Part shown: piece by piece, positions 15,546 through 27,759 of the stretch
Layout of the letters: each line of letters starts with the position of its first letter
How positions within the stretch are numbered: the stretch's first letter is position 1
Assembly: GCA_964016885.1 (NCBI GenBank)
Contig: OZ024742.1
Location: 314,650,001-314,714,000, forward strand
Length of the DNA stretch: 64,000 bases
Direction: 5' to 3'
From: Eledone cirrhosa
Lineage: Eukaryota
The notes under the pieces: model-generated
Seen by the model: the letters and a program-made list of their open reading frames with translations, nothing else
Database searches by the model: none
What the model was told of the DNA's origin: nothing
Program-made: the position numbers and the translations under genes

Positions 15546-16953
15546 ATCTGTGAGTGTGTGTGTGTGTGTGTGTATGTACGCCTCCGTGTGGGTGTACAAA
15601 TATATAAGATGAACGAAGAACACAACATTTGTTGGAATCCCATATTTATGGGATGCGTTAAATATTCATCTTGATTTTATACAGGTTGTTTTTATATGCC
15701 TTTTGAATAACACATGGGCAGACAATCCAGATCAGGGTACTGTAGAACTAAGAAGAGCGAGCAGCACGTGATATAGGATCAGATGTGTCGCGTAGCTTGC
15801 AACTATACAGTACACGATACAGAGAAAAGAGAAACAGACAAGGGAAATAGGGAGGGAAAGAGAGAAAGAAAGAAGGAGTGTGAGATAAATAAAAATATGT
15901 TACAGCAGACCTGCCAACTCTATCCGTCCGACGGAGATATCTCCCACCCAGTTTGGAAGGGTGAGAGATGTCTTCGCTTGTGAAAATTAGTATAACTTTC
16001 AGTTTGTAAAATTTTCCTATTTTCCTCATTTCTCCCCGTTTTGGGGTACTTCTTTTTCATGGTACTCGCCATTTGGGTTTTCAGACGTTGGCTGGTTTGT
16101 CACAGTGTCAGTGATTGTACTGTGCTTGTGGGTAGATTTTTAAATGAATGACCTTTTCGTTAAAACAACATGTGAGGATAATTACTTTATTTTTTTAAAT
16201 TAATGTTATTTTACAAATAGCTCTATACTTTACTCAATTCTTCACACAATTCTACGCAAAGTAGGCTAAAATTATGAAGTCCAATCCTGTACCGTCTCGA
16301 ATATAACGTGTTTGATCGAGCAGGCCTTCGGGAATATAAATCCATAAAAAAGTGGTACATCTTGAATAGTCCCAATACGAGAATAAATATATAGAAATTG
16401 CTGAATAAAAATGCAGGATGAATAATCACTAAGGAAAGGAGACAAATATATGAAATAAACTTGATACAGAACACACAAAACAAATCACACAAAATATTCA
16501 GTAAAGATCGAAGAATAAATCGCAACTAGAAATTTAAATTAGAAAGCTTAAGGGAAAGGGAGAAGACCTAACAACCAATATAAGATATAGGGAAAAAATA
16601 GGAGTAATTATGAAAGTCAGACCAATAAGGAGATAGGCATATCAATTTTGATTAGTTACTTCCTGGGTATGATCTTATTAAAATATATATCACATAAGAA
16701 TTATTTTTTGATAAACATTCAATGCCTTAGGGGCGTTTAAGGAACTTTATAATTGAATATGTGACTAATGATCGTTTTCAGCAATTTCCTGTATCTTTCA
16801 CCCGTCTCTAACGTGTATGCGTTTCCATATATGTAGGTGGTAGAGATAAGATTCCCATTGTAAGATATAGTTAGATTCTCATTGCCTAACACGGCGAGTG
16901 CATTTTTCCTTATACTGTACTCCAACAATATAGATATTCCTCCCCGCTCGCTC

Positions 16954-17049
<96 letters not shown>

Positions 17050-17199
17050 AGATGGGGGAGGTGAAGAGAATGATAGAGAGAGAGAGTTGATGGTGCTGAG
17101 ACCGAGGAGACCAGTAATCCTGACAGTACACAAGCCAAACCGCTTAGCGCCGTGACGGGATTTTACATCACCTTTCTCTTTCTCACTCTCTCTCTCCCC

Positions 17200-17273
<74 letters not shown>

Positions 17274-17278
<5 letters not shown>

Positions 17279-18099
17279 GAAATAAACCAAAGAAGCCTTC
17301 AATACATCAAAAGTCTTTATTAGCCAACAATGTTTCGTCCTATTAAGGACTCATCAGGGCAAGTAAAGCTATACGAAGCACTATCGGCCAATACAAGCCA
17401 AAAACCCAGAAGAATATGGAGTATACATACATTAAAGCATAGGAAAATTATCAAGTAAAAATTATCAAGTAAAAATTGCTAAGGAAGTGAATAACATTTT
17501 GAACCATATTACAAATATAGTACAATGCAAAAACTAAAGCTAAACACAAGTGGTGATATAAAGCGAGAATTACGGTACTAAATATAATATAATATAATAT
17601 AATATAATTGATAATGATAATAATAATAATATTAAAAGGCCCAATAAACATACATATACATATGTACACATATACATATATATATCAATACACATATACA
17701 TCAATACAAACCCATACTAACACCTATTAAGAGTTTAAATATAAATAAAAATAAAAATAAAAATAAAAATAATACATATATTATTTACAGTATAAAATGA
17801 TAAAGAAATGAGTAAAAGTAAACATATAAAATATAATATACTATATAATTATATAATTAATAATCTCCGGTCAATTTGCACAAACAGTATAAATATTACA
17901 ATAACACTATAATAACAATATTATAATATATTGGCATATAACTTAACAAATCATATAAAGTTACACACAGGGTGAGAAAATATCATACAGAACTAAATTG
18001 TGTTGAAAAAATTGTGCTGGAAAAATATCTATACCGTTGTAAGAAAACAGACGGAGGTCAAGTTTTTATACAATTGGTATACATAAGTATTATCTAAAC
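17274..18099 (-). repeat. Inverted pseudo-LTR copy (left arm)
   Basis: Runs attaagaaataaaccaaagaag...ataagtattatctaaac and matches the reverse complement of 21023-21862 with scattered SNPs and indels. Confidence 0.95.
17315..17368 (-). ncRNA. Minimal type I hammerhead ribozyme (intact copy)
   Basis: Minus strand reads CUUUA-cuu-GCC CUGAUGA GUCC-uuaaua-GGAC GAAAC-auu-GUU GGC-uaa-UAAAG. It has the core boxes, a 4-bp stem II, a very short palindromic stem III and a stem I with an internal loop, as described for PLE hammerheads. Confidence 0.85.
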
Positions 18100-18100
18100 C

Positions 18101-19504
18101 ATAATTAGTAAGAAAATCCTTGACCTTATTATACCAGCCGTTAGGGAGAAGGTTAATTTTAATCTATGGGGGAACACTAAGGAAGTTATAGATTGGTTCT
18201 CTGGTATTAATAAACTTGAATCTAGTAGGTTTATCCAGTTTGATATTGATGCCTATTACACATCGATTTCACCTATCCTCCTTAAAAAAGCCTTAATGAT
18301 GGCCATGAGAGTGTCCAGCCTAACACGATCACAGATTGATATTATACTAGCAGCCCGTAGAACTATCATCAATTTTGAGGATACATTTTGGACCCGTAAA
18401 AACACGCCCAACAATTTCGACGTTACAATGGGCTCGAGTGTTTCGGCCCAGGTAACTGATCTTGTTGGGCTGTTCCTCCTAAATGAACTGTATGTTACCT
18501 TTCCGCACCTTAAAGGCGAACTTTATCGTGACGACGCATTGTTTGTGATTAACTCTAGCACCAATAATATCGAGCATAATAAGAAGAAACTTTACAAGTT
18601 TTTTAAAAGCTTTAACCTTTCGATCACGATAGATAGAAATGATAGAGCGGTCAACTTTTTAGATGTGATTTTGGACTTGGTAACTAATAGTTTTAAACCC
18701 TTCCATAAGCCTAATGAAATACTCTCTTATGTTAGTCCCAATTCTAACCACCCCAAATCTATGATAAGCTCTATAATTAATGGTGTATCTAATAGAATTT
18801 CCACACTCACTAAGGACATAGGAATATTTAATGCACATGCAGAGTACTATAATAACGCCCTAGCTAACTCCGGTTACTCTGGTAAAATACATTATAATAA
18901 TAGTAACCTTAGAAAGTCTCCGCTTACATATAATAATAATAACATAATATCCCATAATATGACCATGAATGGGAGTAGAAAGCATAAGAATCGTAGAAAT
19001 CACATAGGTGTATCCGAACCCATCCATAAGTTAAGCCACCGGATTCGTAATAGTGAATCTAATCGTTCTAGGGATCAAGTTGGGCGCTCTGAGCGCTCAC
19101 TCAGTGGTAATGCTTATGCTAAATCTAATTATAATAGTGTTGTTTCTACTGATCCTATCATTAGCCCTAATCCTATTGATATGATTCCAGATAGCAGTAG
19201 ATATACTAAAGGTAGAAACAGAAAGAGACTCAATGGAGTTTCGGCTGATTCTAATAATGCGGTTTTAACTAGTCCTCGTAGTAACCCAGATCTTAATAAT
19301 GGGATATTAGATAACGGTAGAGTTGGTAAGGATAGAAATAGAAGGAGACTAAATACTTATTTTAACCTGCCATATAATCAGGAAGTATTAACTAATATCC
19401 CTAGGTCTTTCTTTTCTATCTTAGAGAAAAATGTCCCTCCTACAAATAAATACCATGGTATTTTTAATAAAAATGTAATTAAACTATCATTCTCATTTAG
19501 CTAG
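18101..19504 (+). pseudogene. Penelope-like (Naiad) reverse transcriptase, N-terminally truncated
   Basis: The frame is open upstream of the annotated ATG: ISKKILD...NLWGNTKEVIDWF...RFIQFDIDAYYTSIS. It continues FDVTMGSSVSAQVTDLVGLFLL, LYRDDAL, VNFLDVILDL, YVSPNSNHP and YFNLPYN. Frameshift near 19497. Confidence 0.9.
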
Positions 19505-20111
19505 CACTAACAATAGGAAAATTAGGGATGGCTACTCCTCTCTGCGTACTACTAGTCTGGATAGATCCATAAATGCCTTACCACCTGAGCAGACCTTATC
19601 TCATAGTAACCCTACGAGGGATGCATCACTACTTCAGCCGATCAATAGCACCCGGAAGTGTAACTGTAGAGTGAGTGTTAACTGCCCTTTAAACGGTAAC
19701 TGCCTCTCTAAGAACATCGTTTATGCTTGTGTAGTTAAAACTAATTCCTCTAATAGCACATATATAGGCTCAACATCTAACACTTTTAAGACTAGGTTTA
19801 ATTCTCATATCTCTAATTTTAAACATGTTAAGTTTAAGAATTCTACTTCTTTAGCACACCATATCTGGGATCTTAAGGGGGCTAATATACCATATAGCCT
19901 TAATTGGCGAATAGTAGCACGCTCTAATAACCTATCAACACACACTAAACTCTGTAATCTCTGTATCCTTGAGACCCACTCTATAATTTTCTCTAGGGAA
20001 CTCTTACTTAATAGAAGGTCTGAGATATTCTCTTATTGCCTCCACGCCATTTCTAATTCTTATTTTTATTATAAACCTAAAAGTTCTGGTAGTGTAAATT
20101 GTATCCATTAG
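19497..20111 (+). pseudogene. Zn-finger linker + GIY-YIG endonuclease of the same element (shifted frame)
   Basis: LASTNNRKI...KCNCRVSVNCPLNGNCLSKNIVYAC...TYIGST...FKTRFNSH...TSLAHHIWDLK...CNLCILE...LLNRRSEIFSYCLH. The CxCx5Cx5C and CxxC...CxH motifs match Naiad-clade PLEs. Confidence 0.9.
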
Positions 20112-21022
20112 CTGCTATATTCCCTCATCTTTTTTGTTTAGGTTCATTTTGTTTACCTCCATCATTATCATTATTATTATTATTGGTTTTTAACAGCATT
20201 TTGATCTAGCTTTCATAGTATTTTGGCTACCATACCATATCTTTTTTCTTAAATATTATATTTTCACTATTAACACCTTATGAGTTTATATCTGATTATA
20301 TATATTATTTTATTTTATTTTATATTATTTTATTTTATTTTATTTTATTTGGATTCTCATTTAGATAATTAACCCCCCCCCCCCACACACACACTTGTCA
20401 TTCGCCCCTTCAATTATACTATAATTATATTAGATTCTCTTTTATGCCCTTTCTATTGTATAATACAGTATATTGATTATGATTTTATGCCCCTTCGCAT
20501 CCTCATACATTTCTTTTTTCTGTCCCCATTGGCCTACCATAGTTCTATTTAAAGTCTGTTTATTAGATAACGTTATTCAACTGATAGTAGAGTATTTCAT
20601 TCTATTCTGGATGTTCTTATTGAGATATCTTAATCTTTGGAGATTTTGATTACTTAAACCATAGCTAATTTTGTATTGACTTATTATATATTTTAAATAC
20701 TTGCAATATTAATTAATTTAATAGCGTTTTCTAGTCATTTATCCGGGTTTGTTTCCTAATTGTTTTACTTAACTGCTTGTGACACCTAAGTAAATATTTT
20801 TGTTTTTGTTTTTCGATTTCCGGTTGATTTTATTTGTATTTATATATTTTTTTACTACTGTGCGTAGTTTCTGTCTGGTTCTTATTCACTTATTCACATA
20901 TGTCTGTCTACCAACCATGTAATTATGTATATTATACTATGTTCATTATTTGATATTGATGTACCCTTATGTTAAATTTTGTAAATTCTGTAATATGTTT
21001 ATATTTTTATAATTTTTGTAAT

Positions 21023-21862
21023 GTTTAGATAATACTTATTTATACCAATTGTATAAAAACTTGACCTCCGTCTGTTTTCTTACAACGGTATAGATATTTT
21101 TCCAGCACAATTTTTTCAACACAATTTAGTTCTGTATGATATTTTTTTTCTCACCCTGTGTGTAACTTTATATGATTTGTTAAGTTATATGCCAATATAT
21201 TATAATATTGTTATTGTAATATTTATACTGTTTGTGCAAATTGGCCGGAGATTATTAATTATATAATTATATAGTATATTATATTTTATATGTTTACTTT
21301 TACTCATTTCTTTATCATTTTATACTGTAAATAATATATGTATTATTTTTATTTTTATTTTTATTTATATTTAAACTCTTAATAGGTGTTAGTTTGGGTT
21401 TGTATTGATGGATATGTGTATTGATATATATATGTATATGTATATGTGTACATATGTATATGTATATGTATGTTTATTGGGCCTTTTAATATTATTATTA
21501 TTATCATTATCAATTATATTATATTATATTATATTATATTATATTATATTATATTTAGTACCGTAATTCTCACTTTATATCACCACTTGTGTTTAGCTTT
21601 AGTTTTTGCATTGTACTATATTTGTAATATGGTTCAAAATGTTATTCACTTCCTTAGCAATTTTTACTTGATAATTTTAACTTGATAATTTTCCTATGCT
21701 TTAATGTATGTATACTCCATATTCTTCTGAGTTTTTGGCTTGTATTGGCCGATAGTGCTTCTTATAGCTTTACTTGCCCTGATGAGTCCTTAATACGACG
21801 AAACATTGTTGGCTAATAAAGACTTTTGATGTATTGAAGGCTTCTTTGGTTTATTTCTTAAT
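21023..21862 (+). repeat. Pseudo-LTR (right arm)
   Basis: Partner of 17274-18099. Confidence 0.95.
21768..21821 (+). ncRNA. Minimal type I hammerhead ribozyme (one stem II mismatch)
   Basis: ctttacttgccCTGATGAgtccttaatacgacGAAACattGTTggctaataaag. Stem II is GTCC/CGAC, versus GTCC/GGAC in the left copy. Confidence 0.8.
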
Positions 21863-22684
21863 TCTTCGGCTCTGTTTAATTACATTGAGCTATACCTTTA
21901 CTGTCATTTCTATAATATGAAGAGGGTGTTTAAGTCCAACACACTCTAGTATTTTAATTCTTATATATATATATATATATATAAATATATCATTTAAGGG
22001 TGGTTGCGTCAGACAGAACTCGCTGGAATGAGTATTTGAGGACTCTGCCCTCATGATCCTCACAGGAATATGTAGGCGAAGAAGAGGAAGTAAAAGATAA
22101 ATATATATAAGCTCTCCTTACACCGTAGCCAGATATTTCAATTTTCGTTACTACACTCTCTGTGTACGTATGTGGGTGTTGTATGGTATATATGTGTGTG
22201 TGCATGTATGCATTGTGCTGTATCTGTGTGTACTAACTGGAGACTAGAAACGTTATGTTTGAAATAATATGTTCAATCACATTTTCAAATTGATGGCAAA
22301 AAGCAGCATCACTGCACACAGCAAGTACACATTAATGAACCACAGTGTTTAATGTTCATGCAACTATATCCATCATGACTACTTCAAATGATTTACTTGT
22401 ACAGATAATGTCTCCTGGCTGCAACTCATATCCCAAATGATACATCCTACATGAATAAAACTCGCCATTCACTTCAGAACCAGAATATAAATCAATTTCA
22501 AATAAATACTAACCCCCTGATATACATAATAGATACATAACGATGCCACTTCTTCATAGACAGATGTACAAAACTACATCAAAAGTAAGTAAGTTCGAGG
22601 TAAGTGCATACGTTTCTCACAAAGACATTCTAAGCTTGCTCCCACGATACAATGTCTTTTCTCTGTTCTGGTAGTAGCATTTTT

Positions 22685-22863
22685 ATAGGTAGAAGGTTGG
22701 ACGTCATGGTATGCAGCGTAGAGTTATACCCCTTTACGGTCTGAGTTAAAATCCCGCCGAGGATAACGTTGCCTTTCATCCTTACAGGGTCGATAAAATA
22801 AAGTACCAGTAATGCACTGGGATAATTGCTGGCCTTGTGCCAAAAGTAGAAACAATTGTTAAT
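22685..22863 (+). mobile_element. tRNA-derived SINE with Meta/MESC-like central domain
   Basis: B-box-like gagttaaaatcccgcc, central gcctttcatccttacagggtcgataaaataaagtaccag, tail ggccttgtgccaaaagtagaaacaat. Several related copies occur in the window. Confidence 0.8.
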
Positions 22864-23894
22864 GACTTCTCTCCCTTTACAATACCTATACTTGCATCAC
22901 TTGTAACCAAACATTTTCACCTGAGGTGCCTGTCCGTCTCTCGTTATATATCTGCCTCCTCATGGCTGGCATAAAACACCACATCCAGTCTTTCTTTCCA
23001 AAATAATTGGTCCGCTGTACTAACTTGTAACTGTTAAGTATAGCATTAACGACATCAATCCTTCTAATCTCTGGCTAATTCTGATGTCCAGAATAATAAA
23101 CCCATCTTCAGAAAAGCTCAAAAGTCCATCACGTTCATATATGTCATAAGCAGGATCCCATTATCGTACCCCAGCTTATAGGAGAAAGGCAGCGAGGTCT
23201 GAAGAAGGGTAAAACAACTCATTTTGACTCTTTTCCTGATTGATGAGGTTTATTTATAGGATCAATTTCGAAGCTGATCTAGATATACGTTTACTGAATA
23301 CGGCCTGACTTTTTTCACACGATATTCATATATGTGTAAACGTAAATGAGTTTATATGTATTAATATAATGTATTTGGAAACAACAGTTTACAAATACAT
23401 AATATTTCGATTAAAAATTATTGTTGCCAAATACATAACGTTTAAAGTGCATAATTAAATAGATCTCAGTAAGTTTTAACGGTGATTATTCAGTTAAATT
23501 ATCAAGTCAACTATCTGCTCATTAAATTAACATGTGATGAATGAGTATTCAATAGATATGTGTAGCCATAATGAAATCATAAAGTAGAAACGACATGATC
23601 ATTTAAGTGACGAAACTGGAACCTTTAAATTAGATACACGCTCAATTTGACGGATTTCTGCATTGCTCCTAACAAACTTATTTCATTCAAAAGTCTTATA
23701 TACATTTCACAAGACCCAACAGAGGTGCGTAAAACGAGGGAGATCGTTAAGGGTAATGACCTTCTTAAACATATAGATACATGCACAGAGAAAAGCAGTC
23801 AGACACAGGCACATACATCTTATATACACATATATATATATATATACACACACATATATATATGCACATATGTATATATATACATATATATATA

Positions 23895-23943
<49 letters not shown>

Positions 23944-25818
23944 TAGATAGATATATATATACATAAATATATGAATACATATATATATATATATGAATAC
24001 ACACACATGCCCCACACACACATACACACAAACATATATATATATATATACAGAAGAGAGTGTGTTCTATAGATATATTTCAATCAGAATCTATTTACTA
24101 TATATACAGATGTTATGTTTATCAATGCATATAACCGGAGAAAATACATTTAGATGATTTACCTAACATTATGATATATACTTTCTCAATATACATAATA
24201 TGAACAAAATAAAAAAAAAATATTTTATATATTCAAACAAACATGTTATAAAATTATGCGGCAATCACATATAATTCAACAGTATAAACGGTTAACATTT
24301 TATGTTGATATGAGAAAAATATATACAATATCAATTGAATGCATAATGATGTACTGGGATTTAGACATGGAGAAGGTTGACATGATGGAGTAACACTAAT
24401 CAATACATGACACGCTGCCAATTTACTCAACGTTTGCTTTTGATATGAAAATTTACTTAAAATATTTTCTTTGATTTCGTAACATAAAAGGGAACTGAGT
24501 AAGTTCGTTTTCATGTATATAATTAATAGGCTTTTCTCGATAACCAAAGGAAATTTGACTCATCTTAGTATAATCAGTAATATAAATTATTCTATGACGA
24601 TAATATATCAATGATATATTTATGATGTCTTTAAATATATTTTGGATGTTATTATTTTAAATCTACGATAAAATTACTCTGGTGAACGTTTAAATCAATA
24701 TTTCCAATAAATGTAGAACATTCTTTACCACTTATACTGTACATCATATTAGAAATAAAATCCCTTAAATATATATATTGAAAAATAAATTAATTTTAGC
24801 ATATGTTCACAAAAAAAGTGAAAATTAATATAACAGAAAATAACGGATACTTAAGGAAAATTATATATACGTGGTGTAAATCCACAATGCAATGACGATA
24901 TCAACATATATTGTGTATGATTACGAATAGCTACAATATGTATTACACAACGAGAAAAAAATAGCTTGCAAACATTATTCACGAAATGAAATGAAATGAA
25001 CAGAAAACCAAGCATTCTGAAATATAAATAGATACTTTGTGTTATTTACAATATACTTAGTGGACTCTGTAGAATGGTAATTTATATAATTAATAAATCT
25101 GACATATAATGTTTAATATTCAAGTTTCGTTGAAAACCTTTAAAGTATTTTTTTAGTTTCTATTTAGCATGGTATATTCACCTTTGCTTAATGTAAATTA
25201 AATATAAAATCTAATCAAATGTGTTTCACAATTTCCAACATTTTTACTGTATTGCCCAGTTCATGTCGTGAAACATATTACCAAAATTAATGGGTGTATT
25301 TTACAGTTTTGTGCATATATATCTGATATATAGAATTTCAAGACGGTACACTGATCAGTAACGAAATCGATCCTTGTTGTTCACAATTCAATATAGAACA
25401 CAAAACAATATATTCCGAATAATTATCCATATTCAACAATTTGGAAAATGATCATGTATTATTTAACTGCTCAATGCTGGAGCTGTATAGTCTTCATATG
25501 TTTATCATATTTTATATGTACACGAATTCCCAGGTATAACAAACTGGTGTTTGTATATGCGTTTGCAAGAAATCAGCATGATACAGCCCATAAATAGACA
25601 ATATATATATAGAAATAACAGGTTGATAGCATTTAAAGCTTTATATATCCTTTTCTTCCAGGGTCAAATATTACATCTTTCGCTGTTCCCCAAACCAGAA
25701 AATAAATATCTATTTATGATACCTAATATTTAGAAGTATAGTGACTATTATTCTTTTTCTATGCTTATATTTTAAACCCAATACTACAAATAGTGAAGAT
25801 AAAACAGTGATATATACC

Positions 25819-25819
<1 letters not shown>

Positions 25820-25899
<80 letters not shown>

Positions 25900-26055
25900 A
25901 TGTATGTATATATATATATATATACAATATACATACATATTTGTATGTATACATGCAAATATATATATGTATATATGTATACATACACACATATATGTAT
26001 ACATATATATATGTATGTATATATATATATATATATTATATACATATATATGTAC

Positions 26056-26089
<34 letters not shown>

Positions 26090-26125
26090 GTATATATATA
26101 TATGTATATATATGTGCATACATAC
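25820..26125. repeat. (TA)n compound microsatellite
   Basis: Seen directly. Confidence 0.96.
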
Positions 26126-26378
26126 GAGTGTGCACGTGCGTATGTGCTGATTATAAATATACGTCTACTATATTAATAATACAATAAAACAACAAGAACA
26201 ACACGCTACAACTACATCTACAGTAACTACTAGTTTCATTACCACGACTAATGTTAATAAAATGGCTACTTACAATCTTGTTACTAATGTTACAGATACA
26301 CCATCCATGACAACATCAATTATCGCTACCGCTAATTATAATAACAACAACAACAACAGCATCATGTATAATGATGGT

Positions 26379-26379
<1 letters not shown>

Positions 26380-26455
<76 letters not shown>
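26380..26455. repeat. (AAT)n microsatellite
   Basis: Seen directly. Confidence 0.97.
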
Positions 26456-26939
26456 TGATAATATAATAACATTAATAATAACCGCAATCATAATAACAAT
26501 GATAATAATAATAGCAACAACATTTTCAATGAGTACAGACCAAATTCAAAAGGATTATGACTTAGATGTAGGATTTGATCACAATATTACTGGTGTGTTT
26601 TTTTAATGTTTATATATATAAAATCAAAATCGGTATCAATGAGATTTAAATACAGATAAGCGGTGACGTAAACACTTTTTTATCGTAAAACATATATTAG
26701 GGCTCCCTGCTATTTCGAGCTAAAATAATTTATATTTATGACAATGGATTATAATACACGAGCACGTTACTTGTATGTCACTTGTATTCATTTTATCGAT
26801 CTCGGAAAAATTGAACGCAAAGTCGATATTGATGCTATTAGGACTCAAAATATATTGGGAAAACAAATAAAATTTGCAGACAATTTTAAAAACCGCGACC
26901 CCTATTCTGATAATCAACCACGCTTCGCATATTAATCAT

Positions 26940-27175
26940 TATTTCTACATTTGGCACAAGGCCATTAATAATGTTTTCTTATGTAGGCACAAGGCCAGCA
27001 ATTTTGGAGGAGGGGAAAGTCGATTAAATCGACCCATTGCGTGACTGGTACTTTATTTTATCGACTTCGTGAGGATGAAAGGCAAAGGTAACCTCGGCGG
27101 GATTTGAACTCAGATCATAAAGGGCCGTTACTCTATGCTGCAAAGCAGGGCGTCGGACCCTCCTCTACCGAAAGA
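26940..27175 (-). mobile_element. SINE of the same family, with a duplicated tail; an older copy sits at ~26740-26900
   Basis: ggcacaaggcc (twice), actggtactttattttatcgacttcgtgaggatgaaaggcaaagg, ctcggcgggatttgaactcaga. Confidence 0.8.
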
Positions 27176-27759
27176 ACAGTAGTTTAAATAGACACTTTTA
27201 TTTGATGGCTACGTTCAAAGACCGCGAATGCAGTGTTAATTCGTGTGAGATTAGGAATCAGAAATGTAAAAATATGTAATTAGGGAAGGCATTCCTCGGA
27301 ACCTCTATTCAACAATTCCAAACCTGAAACAAATTTGAAGGGAAAACCGTTTCACTAATATCTGCAAAATTGATGGGTTTTCTTTATATTATTGATGTAT
27401 GTGAAATAAATAAGTTAAATCATTCATGGACAGGAGAGAATTATTTTTATATACTTCATATTTCCGACAATATCAAAATTACACCTATGTTCTAGTAAAA
27501 GATTTGAAGATATATTCTAACAATTTTTTTTAAATAGCTAAATGAAGATTTATTTTAACAAACAACACCAAAATAACAGCAATAGAAATACAAAACTTAA
27601 ACCAAATAATACATGAAGAGCATGACAATACAAAACTCAATATAGATAACTAAGTAATTAGGCCTTCTTATAGAATAACATAAATAATACTTAAACATTT
27701 TTTCAGTATTCATTCACCGCTGTTTTTATTTTTTATTTTGCAATATATATAAACAATTG

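Larger units (their letters stand above)
17274..21962 (+). mobile_element. Penelope-like retroelement, Naiad-type, 5'-truncated with inverted pseudo-LTR, inserted in (TA)n
   Basis: RT and GIY-YIG reading frames. 17274-18099 is the reverse complement of 21023-21862. ~100-bp unpaired 3' tail 21863-21962. (TA)n on both flanks. Hammerhead motifs in both arms. Confidence 0.93.

Noticed and set aside
19490-19510. Programmed frameshift or readthrough between RT and GIY-YIG
   Set aside because: Residues expected after KLSFS appear to be missing and there is no slippery heptamer, so a small deletion is the simpler explanation.
19659-20045. Selenocysteine recoding, as reported for some Naiads
   Set aside because: The conserved Cys positions are TGT/TGC and there is no in-frame TGA.
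22715-22765. tRNA gene
   Set aside because: The B-box belongs to a SINE head and no cloverleaf is evident.
22870-23210. Possible very old Tx1 3' fragment on minus strand
   Set aside because: Only faint resemblance, with no motif firm enough to call.
26738-26935. 65-aa ORF with normal-looking composition
   Set aside because: Overlaps a decayed SINE (cattttatcgatctcgg...aaagtcga).
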